Under the pieces are notes generated by a model. That model made no database searches and was not told the DNA's origin. It worked only from the letters and a program-made list of their open reading frames with translations. A stretch of 36,794 nucleotides of DNA from a virus (taxonomy: Duplodnaviria > Caudoviricetes): positions 1 to 36,794 of IMG/VR virus record IMGVR_UViG_3300040957_000036, one strand, 5' to 3'. Shown in pieces: positions 24,440 through 32,595 of the stretch (its first letter is position 1; each line of letters begins with the position of its first letter). The translations under genes were made by a program, and so were the position numbers.

Positions 24440-27400
24440 TTATTGGCGGTACTCAAACCGCAAGGGTTGCCGGGGCGTTTGCGCACTTCCCGGTCTAGCA
24501 AAAGCTAAGGGCTTTGTCACGGGCACCTTACGATTCTCTTGGCGGCGCTCGAACCGTAGCTTTTTCTGCCACTCCTTTGTGGCAGCGCGCTTTTCCAAGC
24601 GCCCTGTACGCTCCGCGTTCGCAAGCCAGCCGCCTACCGGCCGCACGCCCATCCAGCGAGCCCCGCTCGGGATCGCGCTTCCTTGCGTAGCTGAACCGAT
24701 TTGTTGAATTGCTATCGGCTCACCTATCGTTTTAATGATATGGCTAGCAGCTTGCCCTATTTGCTTAGAAAGGGGATCGTTAGTATTACGGATAGGGTGA
24801 TTAGCCCAGTCCTTATTCTCAATAACCACCTCTTTAGCAGCCTTCCAAGGGGGACGGACTTTGTTAGCTAACTCGCCAACTGGATCGTGATAGTAGCCTA
24901 GCAAGTCTTTAAAGTTACCTGGCATCAAAAGCCGCTCGGGAGAACCATCGGGGTTCTTACCACCTGTGCGGGGGGCGATTAAGTCAAGCGGACTGCTAGG
25001 AGGCTCCCCGCACATATACATCTGTGCAACGGCGCTTAGGGCACCCATGGTAACAGCAGCCGAGAGAACATAGGCCGCGTTCTGAGTTAGCGGCTCATAC
25101 TTGCCTGTGGCGGCTTTATGTGTATACTGAGCTATATCTATGGCACCCTGCCCATAAGCCCGCAAAGCACCGAAGGTCCAGCCTGGGGCCATCATAAGAA
25201 GGTTAGCAGTTTGCTTGAGAAGCGGGGCCACCATGACGTTCTGCTGCGTCAGCAAACCTTCTACGTTCTCAATAGAGTCCGCTATCCTCTGCGCTTCTCT
25301 TACTTGCTCCTCTCTGATAGCTCCCGGATTGCTCTCTATGAAGCTATTCATCTTCTCAAAGAACGCACCCGCTTTAACTCTGGGTATGAAATAGGCGAAT
25401 AAGGGGTGCATAGTTGAGTCGAGGGTACGGGCTACCAAGCTATAAGTAGAACCTAGAGGATTACGGTTAGGGTCTACACCTATTGCGCCCTTAATCCCCT
25501 CTTTAAGCTCTTTACCCAATACCCCACGCTTATAGGCTTCAACCCAGTTCACCTGCCCGGAGGCGCGATAGATCGGCTCGAACTCAGCCACAGTCATGTT
25601 AGACTGAGCGAGCAAGTCCGCAATATTTCCTATACCCGGAATAGTAGGAATAGTTCTAGCTGTGAACACATCATGCAGCGCAGAACCTTTACGGAAAAGA
25701 GCATAGGGTGCAGCGGGAGCGACTGCCAGTTTCTTAGCCGCTGTCCAAGGTTTACCCTCGCTTGCTGCTTTTATAGCACCCTGCACGCCCATCTCTATCG
25801 CGCCATGAACGATATTAAGTGCATGATAGCCACTAAGACCAAGAACGAAGCCAGTGCTAGCATTAAGCGCCTGCACTACACCCATATAGAGCTTACCCAT
25901 ATCGGTATGCTCACGGATACCTGGCCCCCATGAGTTCTCCCAAACGCGGGCTACATCATCCGCCGCATAAATTCGACGCCTGCCAACATGCTTAAGAAGC
26001 GTAGTGCCTATAGGCTCACGCTCAAATTTGCCTAGTTTCTTAGCATAATCCAGGCGCAACATTTCCTCTAAGGAGTCTTCCTTAGCGAGGAAATTATAGA
26101 CATCCTTCATATACTGAAACTGTATCTCTATGGGATCGTCGAACTTAGGATGCAACCCAGCCGCTTCACCGTGCCGATATGTCTCATATTTCTTCTCCAT
26201 GAAGTGACCCCTAGCAGACATCCGCTTACGATCACGCATAGACTCCTGCCAGTATTGGGAAAGGTAATTTTCCTCAAATTCCTTCTTCTCAAAAGCAGAC
26301 AGTTTCTGAAACTTCTTAGCTATACCCTCATTCGCATCCTTGAGCGCCTTAACAAATGGCAACCAAGACGCCTTGAGCATGTTAAGCGCAGGAACTACGT
26401 CCTGATAACCCTGAATATAATCACGGACGGCTCTCTTAGCTACAGGGTCAAGAGCATTAATCTCCTTGCGATAGGCATCTAGCCTAGTAGCCTCTTGGAT
26501 GAAAGTGCGCCGATTTTCACCAAGGGAAGAGCGAACAATCTGATGCGCGCCACGGGCACCCTCCGAAGCCGTAGAGGGCGATAGATACGCTTGGACGCTA
26601 TGCCACGTCTCCTTAAGCGGGTTGCTAGAGGGGACGCGTGCGCCTCTAAGCGCGCGGGCGGGGTCGCGCAGGCCAACTTTTCCACCTCGCGGACCTGCTA
26701 CAGGCTGCATGCCCGAAGACCGGGCCGGACCCTTCGTCAACGGCGCAGGAGGCTTAGGCTGCTTGGGGCCGATTGAGCCGCGCGTAATTATCTTGCCTGG
26801 CTTGCGCGCGCCAGCCTCAGGCGCTCCCGGCATCCCTCGCGCTGCGGTAGGGTAGCGTTCGGTGAAGAGAGACTGGAACTCGCGATGATGGCGGGCCTCG
26901 CGCGGCTGACGGCCAACTGTCAGTTCCGGTCCCATGCGCTCCTGCTTGGGGAGCTTGGCAGCCACGCGCATGCCTTGCTCAGGCGGAAGTGTGTCTGCAA
27001 CGGCGCTTGCCGCGCGCTCCTCGAACGTGCCAGGGCTCGGACCTAAGAGCGTTCTGGCCTCCTGAGCTGCCGCTTCCTTCGTCCGCGTGTAAGTGCCGCC
27101 CTTCCTCGCTTCGCGCATGGCGCGGTTGCGCTCGCGCGCTGCGGTGTCCGCAAGACGCTGTGCCTCGCGAGCCGGGTTCGTGACTTCCCTACCCGCGCCC
27201 CGGCCCAGGGCTTGAGACTCCGCCTGCCGCGTCATGATCGTTTCGAGGCGCTGGCGTTGCTCAGGTGTAGCCTGACGTTGAGCTGGCGGCGGCGCGGTGC
27301 GCTCTAGCCGGTCCATCTCCGCCGTAGTGGCCGCTTTTACCACCTCTGGCGTGGCATTCTTGAAGCGCGAGGGGGGTTCGGGGGCCATGCGCGGCATCGG

Positions 27401-27889
27401 CTGCGCGCCTTGGAACTGATGTCCGAGCCCATAAGGATGGCCCCCCATGTAGGCTTCCATGCCCGCCTGGACCCAAGGTGGCGTCTCGGCTTGCAGGGCT
27501 CGCTCGCCCTGGGACACAGCTTGCGGACCCTGTACCGGAGCGCCGGTCAATTGCGACTTATAGTAGCTAAGGAAATGGGCGAGGGGATCGACGGCACCCC
27601 CAATATTGTACTGGCCCCCCGTCATTTGCGAGAGAGGGTCCAAGCCTAGCACGGTGCCCGCAGCGGGCCGGGCTACGTTCTCATTAAGCCAGCCTTTAGC
27701 AGTAGGAGTGATCTTCTCTCCGGAAGGAGCGAACTGGAGGGGCGCGCGGGTAGCCATGCCTAGAGTAGGAGGCTGCCCTTCCGCACCAGCCTTAATAACT
27801 TTCTTGGGCTCTATATATTGGACAGGTTTGTACTTATCCGTTTTACTAACAGTTGTGGTATCCGTATCCCTGACAAACTCAAGCGCCAT
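24440..27889 (-). CDS. Large internal virion / DNA ejection protein
   Basis: 1149 aa, basic and helical; last of three size-ascending genes after the tail module, as in podoviruses. Confidence 0.7.
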   Translation of the reverse strand: MALEFVRDTDTTTVSKTDKYKPVQYIEPKKVIKAGAEGQPPTLGMATRAPLQFAPSGEKITPTAKGWLNENVARPAAGTVLGLDPLSQMTGGQYNIGGAVDPLAHFLSYYKSQLTGAPVQGPQAVSQGERALQAETPPWVQAGMEAYMGGHPYGLGHQFQGAQPMPRMAPEPPSRFKNATPEVVKAATTAEMDRLERTAPPPAQRQATPEQRQRLETIMTRQAESQALGRGAGREVTNPAREAQRLADTAARERNRAMREARKGGTYTRTKEAAAQEARTLLGPSPGTFEERAASAVADTLPPEQGMRVAAKLPKQERMGPELTVGRQPREARHHREFQSLFTERYPTAARGMPGAPEAGARKPGKIITRGSIGPKQPKPPAPLTKGPARSSGMQPVAGPRGGKVGLRDPARALRGARVPSSNPLKETWHSVQAYLSPSTASEGARGAHQIVRSSLGENRRTFIQEATRLDAYRKEINALDPVAKRAVRDYIQGYQDVVPALNMLKASWLPFVKALKDANEGIAKKFQKLSAFEKKEFEENYLSQYWQESMRDRKRMSARGHFMEKKYETYRHGEAAGLHPKFDDPIEIQFQYMKDVYNFLAKEDSLEEMLRLDYAKKLGKFEREPIGTTLLKHVGRRRIYAADDVARVWENSWGPGIREHTDMGKLYMGVVQALNASTGFVLGLSGYHALNIVHGAIEMGVQGAIKAASEGKPWTAAKKLAVAPAAPYALFRKGSALHDVFTARTIPTIPGIGNIADLLAQSNMTVAEFEPIYRASGQVNWVEAYKRGVLGKELKEGIKGAIGVDPNRNPLGSTYSLVARTLDSTMHPLFAYFIPRVKAGAFFEKMNSFIESNPGAIREEQVREAQRIADSIENVEGLLTQQNVMVAPLLKQTANLLMMAPGWTFGALRAYGQGAIDIAQYTHKAATGKYEPLTQNAAYVLSAAVTMGALSAVAQMYMCGEPPSSPLDLIAPRTGGKNPDGSPERLLMPGNFKDLLGYYHDPVGELANKVRPPWKAAKEVVIENKDWANHPIRNTNDPLSKQIGQAASHIIKTIGEPIAIQQIGSATQGSAIPSGARWMGVRPVGGWLANAERTGRLEKRAATKEWQKKLRFERRQENRKVPVTKPLAFARPGSAQTPRQPLRFEYRQ

Positions 27890-29181
27890 TACTCCACCGG
27901 CTCAAAGTCAAGCTTTCCCTCGTGCTCAACTATTTTGTATTGCTGCCCATCAGTATCCTGGATAGTTTTACCAACTACCTTTGCGGGGTCGGCTTCTTCC
28001 CCGAACTGGGTCTTAGCTGCATCTACAAGTCTGTTGTAAACCTTATCGGGTATTGCCATGCCTGGAGTTTTCATAGCTTCTTTAGGAGCAACAGCACTGT
28101 ATTTCTGCTCTATCTGCGCTTTACCCGCCTGATAGACTTCATCGGAGATCATGCCGCTAGCACGGGCTTGGTCTAATCCTCGCATATCTGTATCGCGCTG
28201 AGAGGTTAAACTAGAGCGCTCAGAACGTTCTTCGGCAGCCGTAGCAGCACCCTGTTTCTGAGTTAGCATTAGGCCCCGCCAACTCTCTAATGACTGCTGC
28301 TTACGTTGGCTAAGCTGCTCCATAGCCATCTTATGAGCTTCGGCAGCCGTAGCAGCCTCTTGTTTCTGAGTTAGCATTTGGCCCCGCCGACTCTCTAATG
28401 ACTGCTCCATAGCCATCTTACGTCCTTCGGCACCCTGTTTCTGGGTTCGCATTTGATCTCGCCAACTCTCTAATGACTGCTGCTTACGTTGGCTAAGCTG
28501 CTCCATAGCCATCTTACGAGCTTCATTTGCCTGCGACTGAATCTGCTGCTGCGCCTGCTGCACCGCCATGGCGTAAGCCGCCCGCTGTTGCGGCGGGATC
28601 GAGGGTAGCTCTTGCTGTACACGCTGGCGCAGCGCGTTCATAGCTTGCTGTTCCTGAGCGGCCAACGGGTCCGTCGCCTGAGGCTGACCTTGAGGCATAC
28701 CCTGAGGTTGTCCCTGTGGCTGGCCTTGAGGCATGCCCTGAGGTTGTCCCTGTGGCTGGCCTTGAGGAGCTTGTGCAAACGGATTGGGCTGCATGCCCGG
28801 CTGGCCCTGGGGCATACCTTGAGGCTGGCCAGCGCTTACCCCCGGCATCGGCTGCGCACCTTGGAACGCCTGGGGCACCCCGCCTTGTGGGGGTTGAGGC
28901 ATCGGCTGCGCACCGGGAGTGCCCATGAAGCCGAGTCCATACTGCGCCGCTTGGTTCTCCTGTGCGAAGCGCTGAGCATTGATGTCCGGCCGCTGCATAT
29001 GCTGGACTTGCGCGCGGAGAAGCTGATCTTGCAGGGGAGCTTGCCGCTGGGTCGTGGCAAACTGCTGCTGCATCAGCTTGCGCCGCATCATCTCGTCGGC
29101 CATCTGCTGCTGTTGCTTCTGAGCTTCCAGGTAGCCCCCAGGTATAGCCGCCGCCATACCACCCCAAGAGAAACCAGCCAT
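27889..29181 (-). CDS. Internal virion / ejection protein, Gln-rich
   Basis: MAGFSWGGMAAAIPGGY N-terminus; Q/P/G repeats; position in ejection cluster. Confidence 0.7.
   Translation of the reverse strand: MAGFSWGGMAAAIPGGYLEAQKQQQQMADEMMRRKLMQQQFATTQRQAPLQDQLLRAQVQHMQRPDINAQRFAQENQAAQYGLGFMGTPGAQPMPQPPQGGVPQAFQGAQPMPGVSAGQPQGMPQGQPGMQPNPFAQAPQGQPQGQPQGMPQGQPQGQPQGMPQGQPQATDPLAAQEQQAMNALRQRVQQELPSIPPQQRAAYAMAVQQAQQQIQSQANEARKMAMEQLSQRKQQSLESWRDQMRTQKQGAEGRKMAMEQSLESRRGQMLTQKQEAATAAEAHKMAMEQLSQRKQQSLESWRGLMLTQKQGAATAAEERSERSSLTSQRDTDMRGLDQARASGMISDEVYQAGKAQIEQKYSAVAPKEAMKTPGMAIPDKVYNRLVDAAKTQFGEEADPAKVVGKTIQDTDGQQYKIVEHEGKLDFEPVE
28230..28525 (-). repeat. Three imperfect coding repeats (KMAMEQ..SLES.R..M.TQKQ)
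   Basis: Repeated CTGCTCCATAGCCATCTTA and ACTCTCTAATGACTGCT on the plus strand. Confidence 0.85.
28682..28767 (-). repeat. 36-bp tandem coding repeat (about 2.4 copies; PQGQPQGQPQGM)
   Basis: Units begin at 28682, 28718 and 28754. Confidence 0.85.
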
Positions 29182-29192
29182 AGTCTAACTCC

Positions 29193-30017
29193 TTAGGCCG
29201 CTACTAATCCTAGCACTTCTGGGTTAGTAGCTACGAAAGTGCCGACGCTACTAGCTGCAGCGCCAAGACCTTGACCAATTTGAGCTGCAAAGTTATTATT
29301 CGCATTACCAGCGCTGACAGCATTAGCTGTGTTCTGGTTAGCCGCTTGATAATACTGGAGATAGTCCTGGGCCTGCTGCTGCTGATCGGCTGTGAGATAG
29401 GGTAGCATCTGTGCTATGTTAGCATTGATATCAGTTTGCGCATTATAAGGCATGGAAGCTCCTGTATAGAGCTGTCCAGCACCTTGATTGCCAAGCGAGG
29501 CGCCAGTAGTAGCCGCACCCTCGCCTGCACCCAGAAGCTGCGCAATCGTAGCTGCGCCGGTTTGCTCCCGGCCTAGCTGAGTCTGTAGCCAGTTCGTATT
29601 GAACGTCTGATTAGACTGATTGCTAACTCCGCTAGCCCAAGGTGTATAGCCAAGTCCGGCTTGAGCAAGTTGAGCGTTAGTCACATCTGTATTTTGCTGC
29701 TGCTGTTGGTTATACAACTGCTGTTGGGGGTCATAGGCCGTACTAAGCGTAGCCTGGATAGCTGGGGTCAATTGTCCAGGGATGCCAGCAAACATATTAG
29801 ACGTGCCGATATTCTGCGCGCCTTGAGCCTGCATAGCTTGTCCGCCAGCTTGCGCACCTTGAACAGCTTGTCCCGCATAAGGGTTATTAGCTTGACTATA
29901 ATAGGCTTGCTGAAACTGAGGAGTATACTGAGCTTGGTTAGATATATTGCTCATGGCCCCAGATTGAGCAGCACCCAAGTTTGGGTCCATCGGGACAGAA
30001 GGCACTGAAGAACTCAT
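29193..30017 (-). CDS. Small ejection / DNA pilot protein
   Basis: Q/A/G/N-rich, nearly charge-free, C-terminal GQGLGAAASSVG amphipathic segment. Confidence 0.7.
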   Translation of the reverse strand: MSSSVPSVPMDPNLGAAQSGAMSNISNQAQYTPQFQQAYYSQANNPYAGQAVQGAQAGGQAMQAQGAQNIGTSNMFAGIPGQLTPAIQATLSTAYDPQQQLYNQQQQQNTDVTNAQLAQAGLGYTPWASGVSNQSNQTFNTNWLQTQLGREQTGAATIAQLLGAGEGAATTGASLGNQGAGQLYTGASMPYNAQTDINANIAQMLPYLTADQQQQAQDYLQYYQAANQNTANAVSAGNANNNFAAQIGQGLGAAASSVGTFVATNPEVLGLVAA

Positions 30018-30019
30018 AG

Positions 30020-30487
30020 CTACAGCCTCTTTATAAACACAGCTTCCCTAAACTGGTATCCTAAACTAGCGAACAAATGAGTTCTAGGCTTGCCAAGATG
30101 ATTCTTAGAACGGCAAGAAACAGGAAGTTTAACTTCCTTACAGTCCATGGCTAGGGCTACTTTCTCCGCGAACCTGATAAGCTTGTAACCATTAAGCCCT
30201 TTACGGTAACTAGGATGGAGGTAAATAGTCTGCACCTCTGCAACATAACTATCAGAACCCCAGAGCTCCATAAGCTTAATAAGACCCACAAAGCCAACAA
30301 GGGTGTCCCTGTCAAAGCATCCGCAAATCTGGAGCAAATTAGCATCTACAAACCTTTGGTACTGTTGCCAGTTTACTTTAAGTGGATGCAGCTTGGCCCT
30401 TGAGGCAACTTCATTGTACCCCATCTCTAAAAGCTTAGTGGCTCGGGCTAAATCGCCCAAGCCTATTATTCGATAAGTGAGGCTCAC
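30020..30487 (-). CDS. GNAT-family acetyltransferase
   Basis: LVGF, IYLHPSYRKGLNGYKLIRFAE (acetyl-CoA motif A), LFASLGY. Confidence 0.85.
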   Translation of the reverse strand: MSLTYRIIGLGDLARATKLLEMGYNEVASRAKLHPLKVNWQQYQRFVDANLLQICGCFDRDTLVGFVGLIKLMELWGSDSYVAEVQTIYLHPSYRKGLNGYKLIRFAEKVALAMDCKEVKLPVSCRSKNHLGKPRTHLFASLGYQFREAVFIKRL

Positions 30488-30672
30488 TTAAGCTTGCCAC
30501 CATCTTGACCCGTGCCAGAGGTAGTTGCAACGCTATCGCGAGTTGCACCCTCGTTTACAGAACGCTTATTATGGATCTTCCTAGAAGAGTCCATTTGAGG
30601 AGCGGCTGAAGAAGTAAGCCCCTCATGAATGCTATGCTGATGACCCTTACCAGTGCTACCAGAGTTAGACAT
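30484..30672 (-). CDS. Small hydrophilic hypothetical protein
   Basis: RBS TAGGAG; 62 aa; overlaps the GNAT start. Confidence 0.65.
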   Translation of the reverse strand: MSNSGSTGKGHQHSIHEGLTSSAAPQMDSSRKIHNKRSVNEGATRDSVATTSGTGQDGGKLK

Positions 30673-30681
30673 AGTTTGCTC

Positions 30682-30945
30682 CTAGTTTTCCCAATCGATC
30701 CAGATAGTTTGTCCCGTACCGGGCACTACAGTGATACCATTGACGCACCTGATAATCTTTACGAGGGATAATCCCCCCGCCACCGCGGGCAAGCCCGCCA
30801 CTGCGTTTGAGCTCGCTGCGGCACCCGTAGAGGCCGCATCGCATACTGTACCAGCGGCGGACCCCGCCACGCAAACGTTAATCGTGCGGATGAACGCTTG
30901 CCCGATTGCAAGCGTCGTCGCTGACTGTACTGTTGCTGTGGGCAT
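30682..30945 (-). CDS. Small beta-rich virion accessory protein (putative)
   Basis: ATG 30945 behind AAGGA; MPTATVQSATT...GITVVPGTGQ. Confidence 0.65.
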   Translation of the reverse strand: MPTATVQSATTLAIGQAFIRTINVCVAGSAAGTVCDAASTGAAASSNAVAGLPAVAGGLSLVKIIRCVNGITVVPGTGQTIWIDWEN

Positions 30946-30999
30946 TTTCCCGTTCCTTTTCTGAAAGGCTGCTAGGTGCGGCCTTGGTTCGAATTGCAA

Positions 31000-31788
31000 T
31001 TAAACGCGTGGCGGCGCTGACTTATAGGGATGCCCCGCTGGAAGTACACCTTGGCTTCCACAGGTCCAGGCTAGCCAGCCTTCAAGTTTCTGACGGGTAG
31101 CCGTTGACAGGGAGCCTGTTACTATAACTATCTGCTGGATGATCCCGTCAAAAAAATAGGAAGAACCTCCTAGAGATCCTATAGCACCGGTCAAAGGCGT
31201 AATGGCCCACTGACCCAGTAGAGATGTATTTAGCGTTTCGACACCATCGATGAACATATCACCTCGCCCATTTACTAGAGCATCACCCAACAGTATATGG
31301 CTACCCGCTCCCGCCCCATTAATGCCTACTTCCCCAACATTCCAAGTGTCCAGTGTAGCTATATCTCCTGTAACTATGGACATAGCTATCCCTTTGCCTG
31401 TAGCATAGGCTCCAGCTGCGAACATAGTGTTCAGGGTGGTGACAGTGGTTGCCGATTTGTTTAATGCCACACATACCCAAAGCTCCCCACCCACACTAGG
31501 ATCGCTAGGCAGCGTAAAGGCCAAGCTAGTGCTGCCTGCTATATCAAAAGCTAGCCCTGGCGTGTTATTATTCGCGGTTGCGCTCCATGTAGGCTGCTTA
31601 GCGCCATTGCCTTGCGAAGCTACAACCCCATTTATGCGATCAGTCCATGAGGCAACATTGCTGCCGCTGCCAAAACTTATCGAAGGCGCGTAGGACGCGT
31701 CCCACCAAGCAAACACCTCCGAACCAAGTTGCGCAGGCGTCCATAATCTTGGCACCCCCGATGCAATTGCCGCTATAGCTCCGCTCAT
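31000..31788 (-). CDS. LamG/ConA-like lectin-domain virion protein
   Basis: LWTPAQL..AWWDAS..VASWTDR..QPT, FFDGIIQQIVIV, QKLEGWLAW..LPAGHPYK. Confidence 0.75.
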   Translation of the reverse strand: MSGAIAAIASGVPRLWTPAQLGSEVFAWWDASYAPSISFGSGSNVASWTDRINGVVASQGNGAKQPTWSATANNNTPGLAFDIAGSTSLAFTLPSDPSVGGELWVCVALNKSATTVTTLNTMFAAGAYATGKGIAMSIVTGDIATLDTWNVGEVGINGAGAGSHILLGDALVNGRGDMFIDGVETLNTSLLGQWAITPLTGAIGSLGGSSYFFDGIIQQIVIVTGSLSTATRQKLEGWLAWTCGSQGVLPAGHPYKSAPPRV

Positions 31789-32273
31789 GATAACGCCGTT
31801 CCGCTAATGCCCCAAGCATTAGCTCCATCGAGTTTCAAGAGAGTGAACATGCTTGCGGCCCCGATAGTTCGCGTTCCGGTTCCGGCTGTACCATCGAGCC
31901 GGATAAGACTGCCGCCCGCAGGGGCTACTACAGTCAACGTTGCAGTGCTCTCGTTCGTACCAACAATCGTTTGCCCTGCTGCGATGGGAGCGTTCGCGAA
32001 AGTGTCAATCGTCCATGCGTGGGTGCCGGTATCCGTGCATCGATAGAGCGTGCCGATATCTGTTGCGATGAACGTCCAGTTTGCGTTTTTCGTGACTGGC
32101 CCACCGAGGCCGGTTAGCCGGGGATCGTTCTGGAGCGCGGAACTACCCATACTATCTAAATCGTAAGTTGCGAATTTAGTACCAGACAAGACAAGGTTGT
32201 CGTTCCCTTCATCCGAAAGAACAACAACAAGTTGGTCCGTATTCTTTACAGGGCTTACTACAATACCACTCAC
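31785..32273 (-). CDS. Short tail-fibre/adaptor protein B
   Basis: GTG behind AAGGGAGG; N-terminal ~40 aa paralogous to 34499..34774; fibre-tip-like C-terminal domain. Confidence 0.7.
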   Translation of the reverse strand: MSGIVVSPVKNTDQLVVVLSDEGNDNLVLSGTKFATYDLDSMGSSALQNDPRLTGLGGPVTKNANWTFIATDIGTLYRCTDTGTHAWTIDTFANAPIAAGQTIVGTNESTATLTVVAPAGGSLIRLDGTAGTGTRTIGAASMFTLLKLDGANAWGISGTALS

Positions 32274-32325
32274 GAGGACCTCCCTTAAAATGCGTTAACT
32301 GAGTCTACCCAACCTACTACATCTA
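32211..32325. repeat. Direct repeat, copy 1
   Basis: 103/115 nt identical to 34712-34826 by manual alignment (offset 2501). Confidence 0.95.
32285..32325 (-). pseudogene. Orphan 3' end of a tail-fibre gene
   Basis: Encodes DVVGWVDSVNAF* versus DVVGWVDSVNTF* at the end of 34786..36390; in-frame stop just upstream, no start. Confidence 0.8.
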
Positions 32326-32595
32326 TCTTGCCGCCTTCAATTCAGCGACCTGCCGCTGAAGCGCGGCGATGGCTGCTGCCATGGCTTTGAATTGCGCGTC
32401 GTGCGTTGCAATCCGGCGGTCGTGATCATCAACGCGGACTGCCTGAGCCCTATGCGCAGCCGTGAGGCTCTTGACCGCCCGCGCCGTAGCGGATGGCCTG
32501 TGGACCTCATGGCAGGGCGTGAGGTGAATTAGAGGACAACCTGCCCATGCCGGAGATGCAATGACCACGCAGGCCACAATGATGATGAACCGCAT
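32323..32595 (-). CDS. Small protein with Sec signal peptide and C-terminal coiled coil
   Basis: MRFIIIVACVVIASPAWA|GCPLIHLTPC...AAAIAALQRQVAELKAAR; TGATG-coupled to the tailspike gene. Confidence 0.75.
   Translation of the reverse strand: MRFIIIVACVVIASPAWAGCPLIHLTPCHEVHRPSATARAVKSLTAAHRAQAVRVDDHDRRIATHDAQFKAMAAAIAALQRQVAELKAAR

Noticed and set aside
30986-30995. tRNA T-loop-like GGTTCGAATT
   Set aside because: No T-stem pairing or cloverleaf. A similar motif near 36765-36778 lies inside a CDS.
32285-32299. CtrA boxes TTAA..TTAAC here and at 34787-34800
   Set aside because: Spacer is 6 nt, not 7, and the sequence is explained by the V-N-x-F-stop codons.
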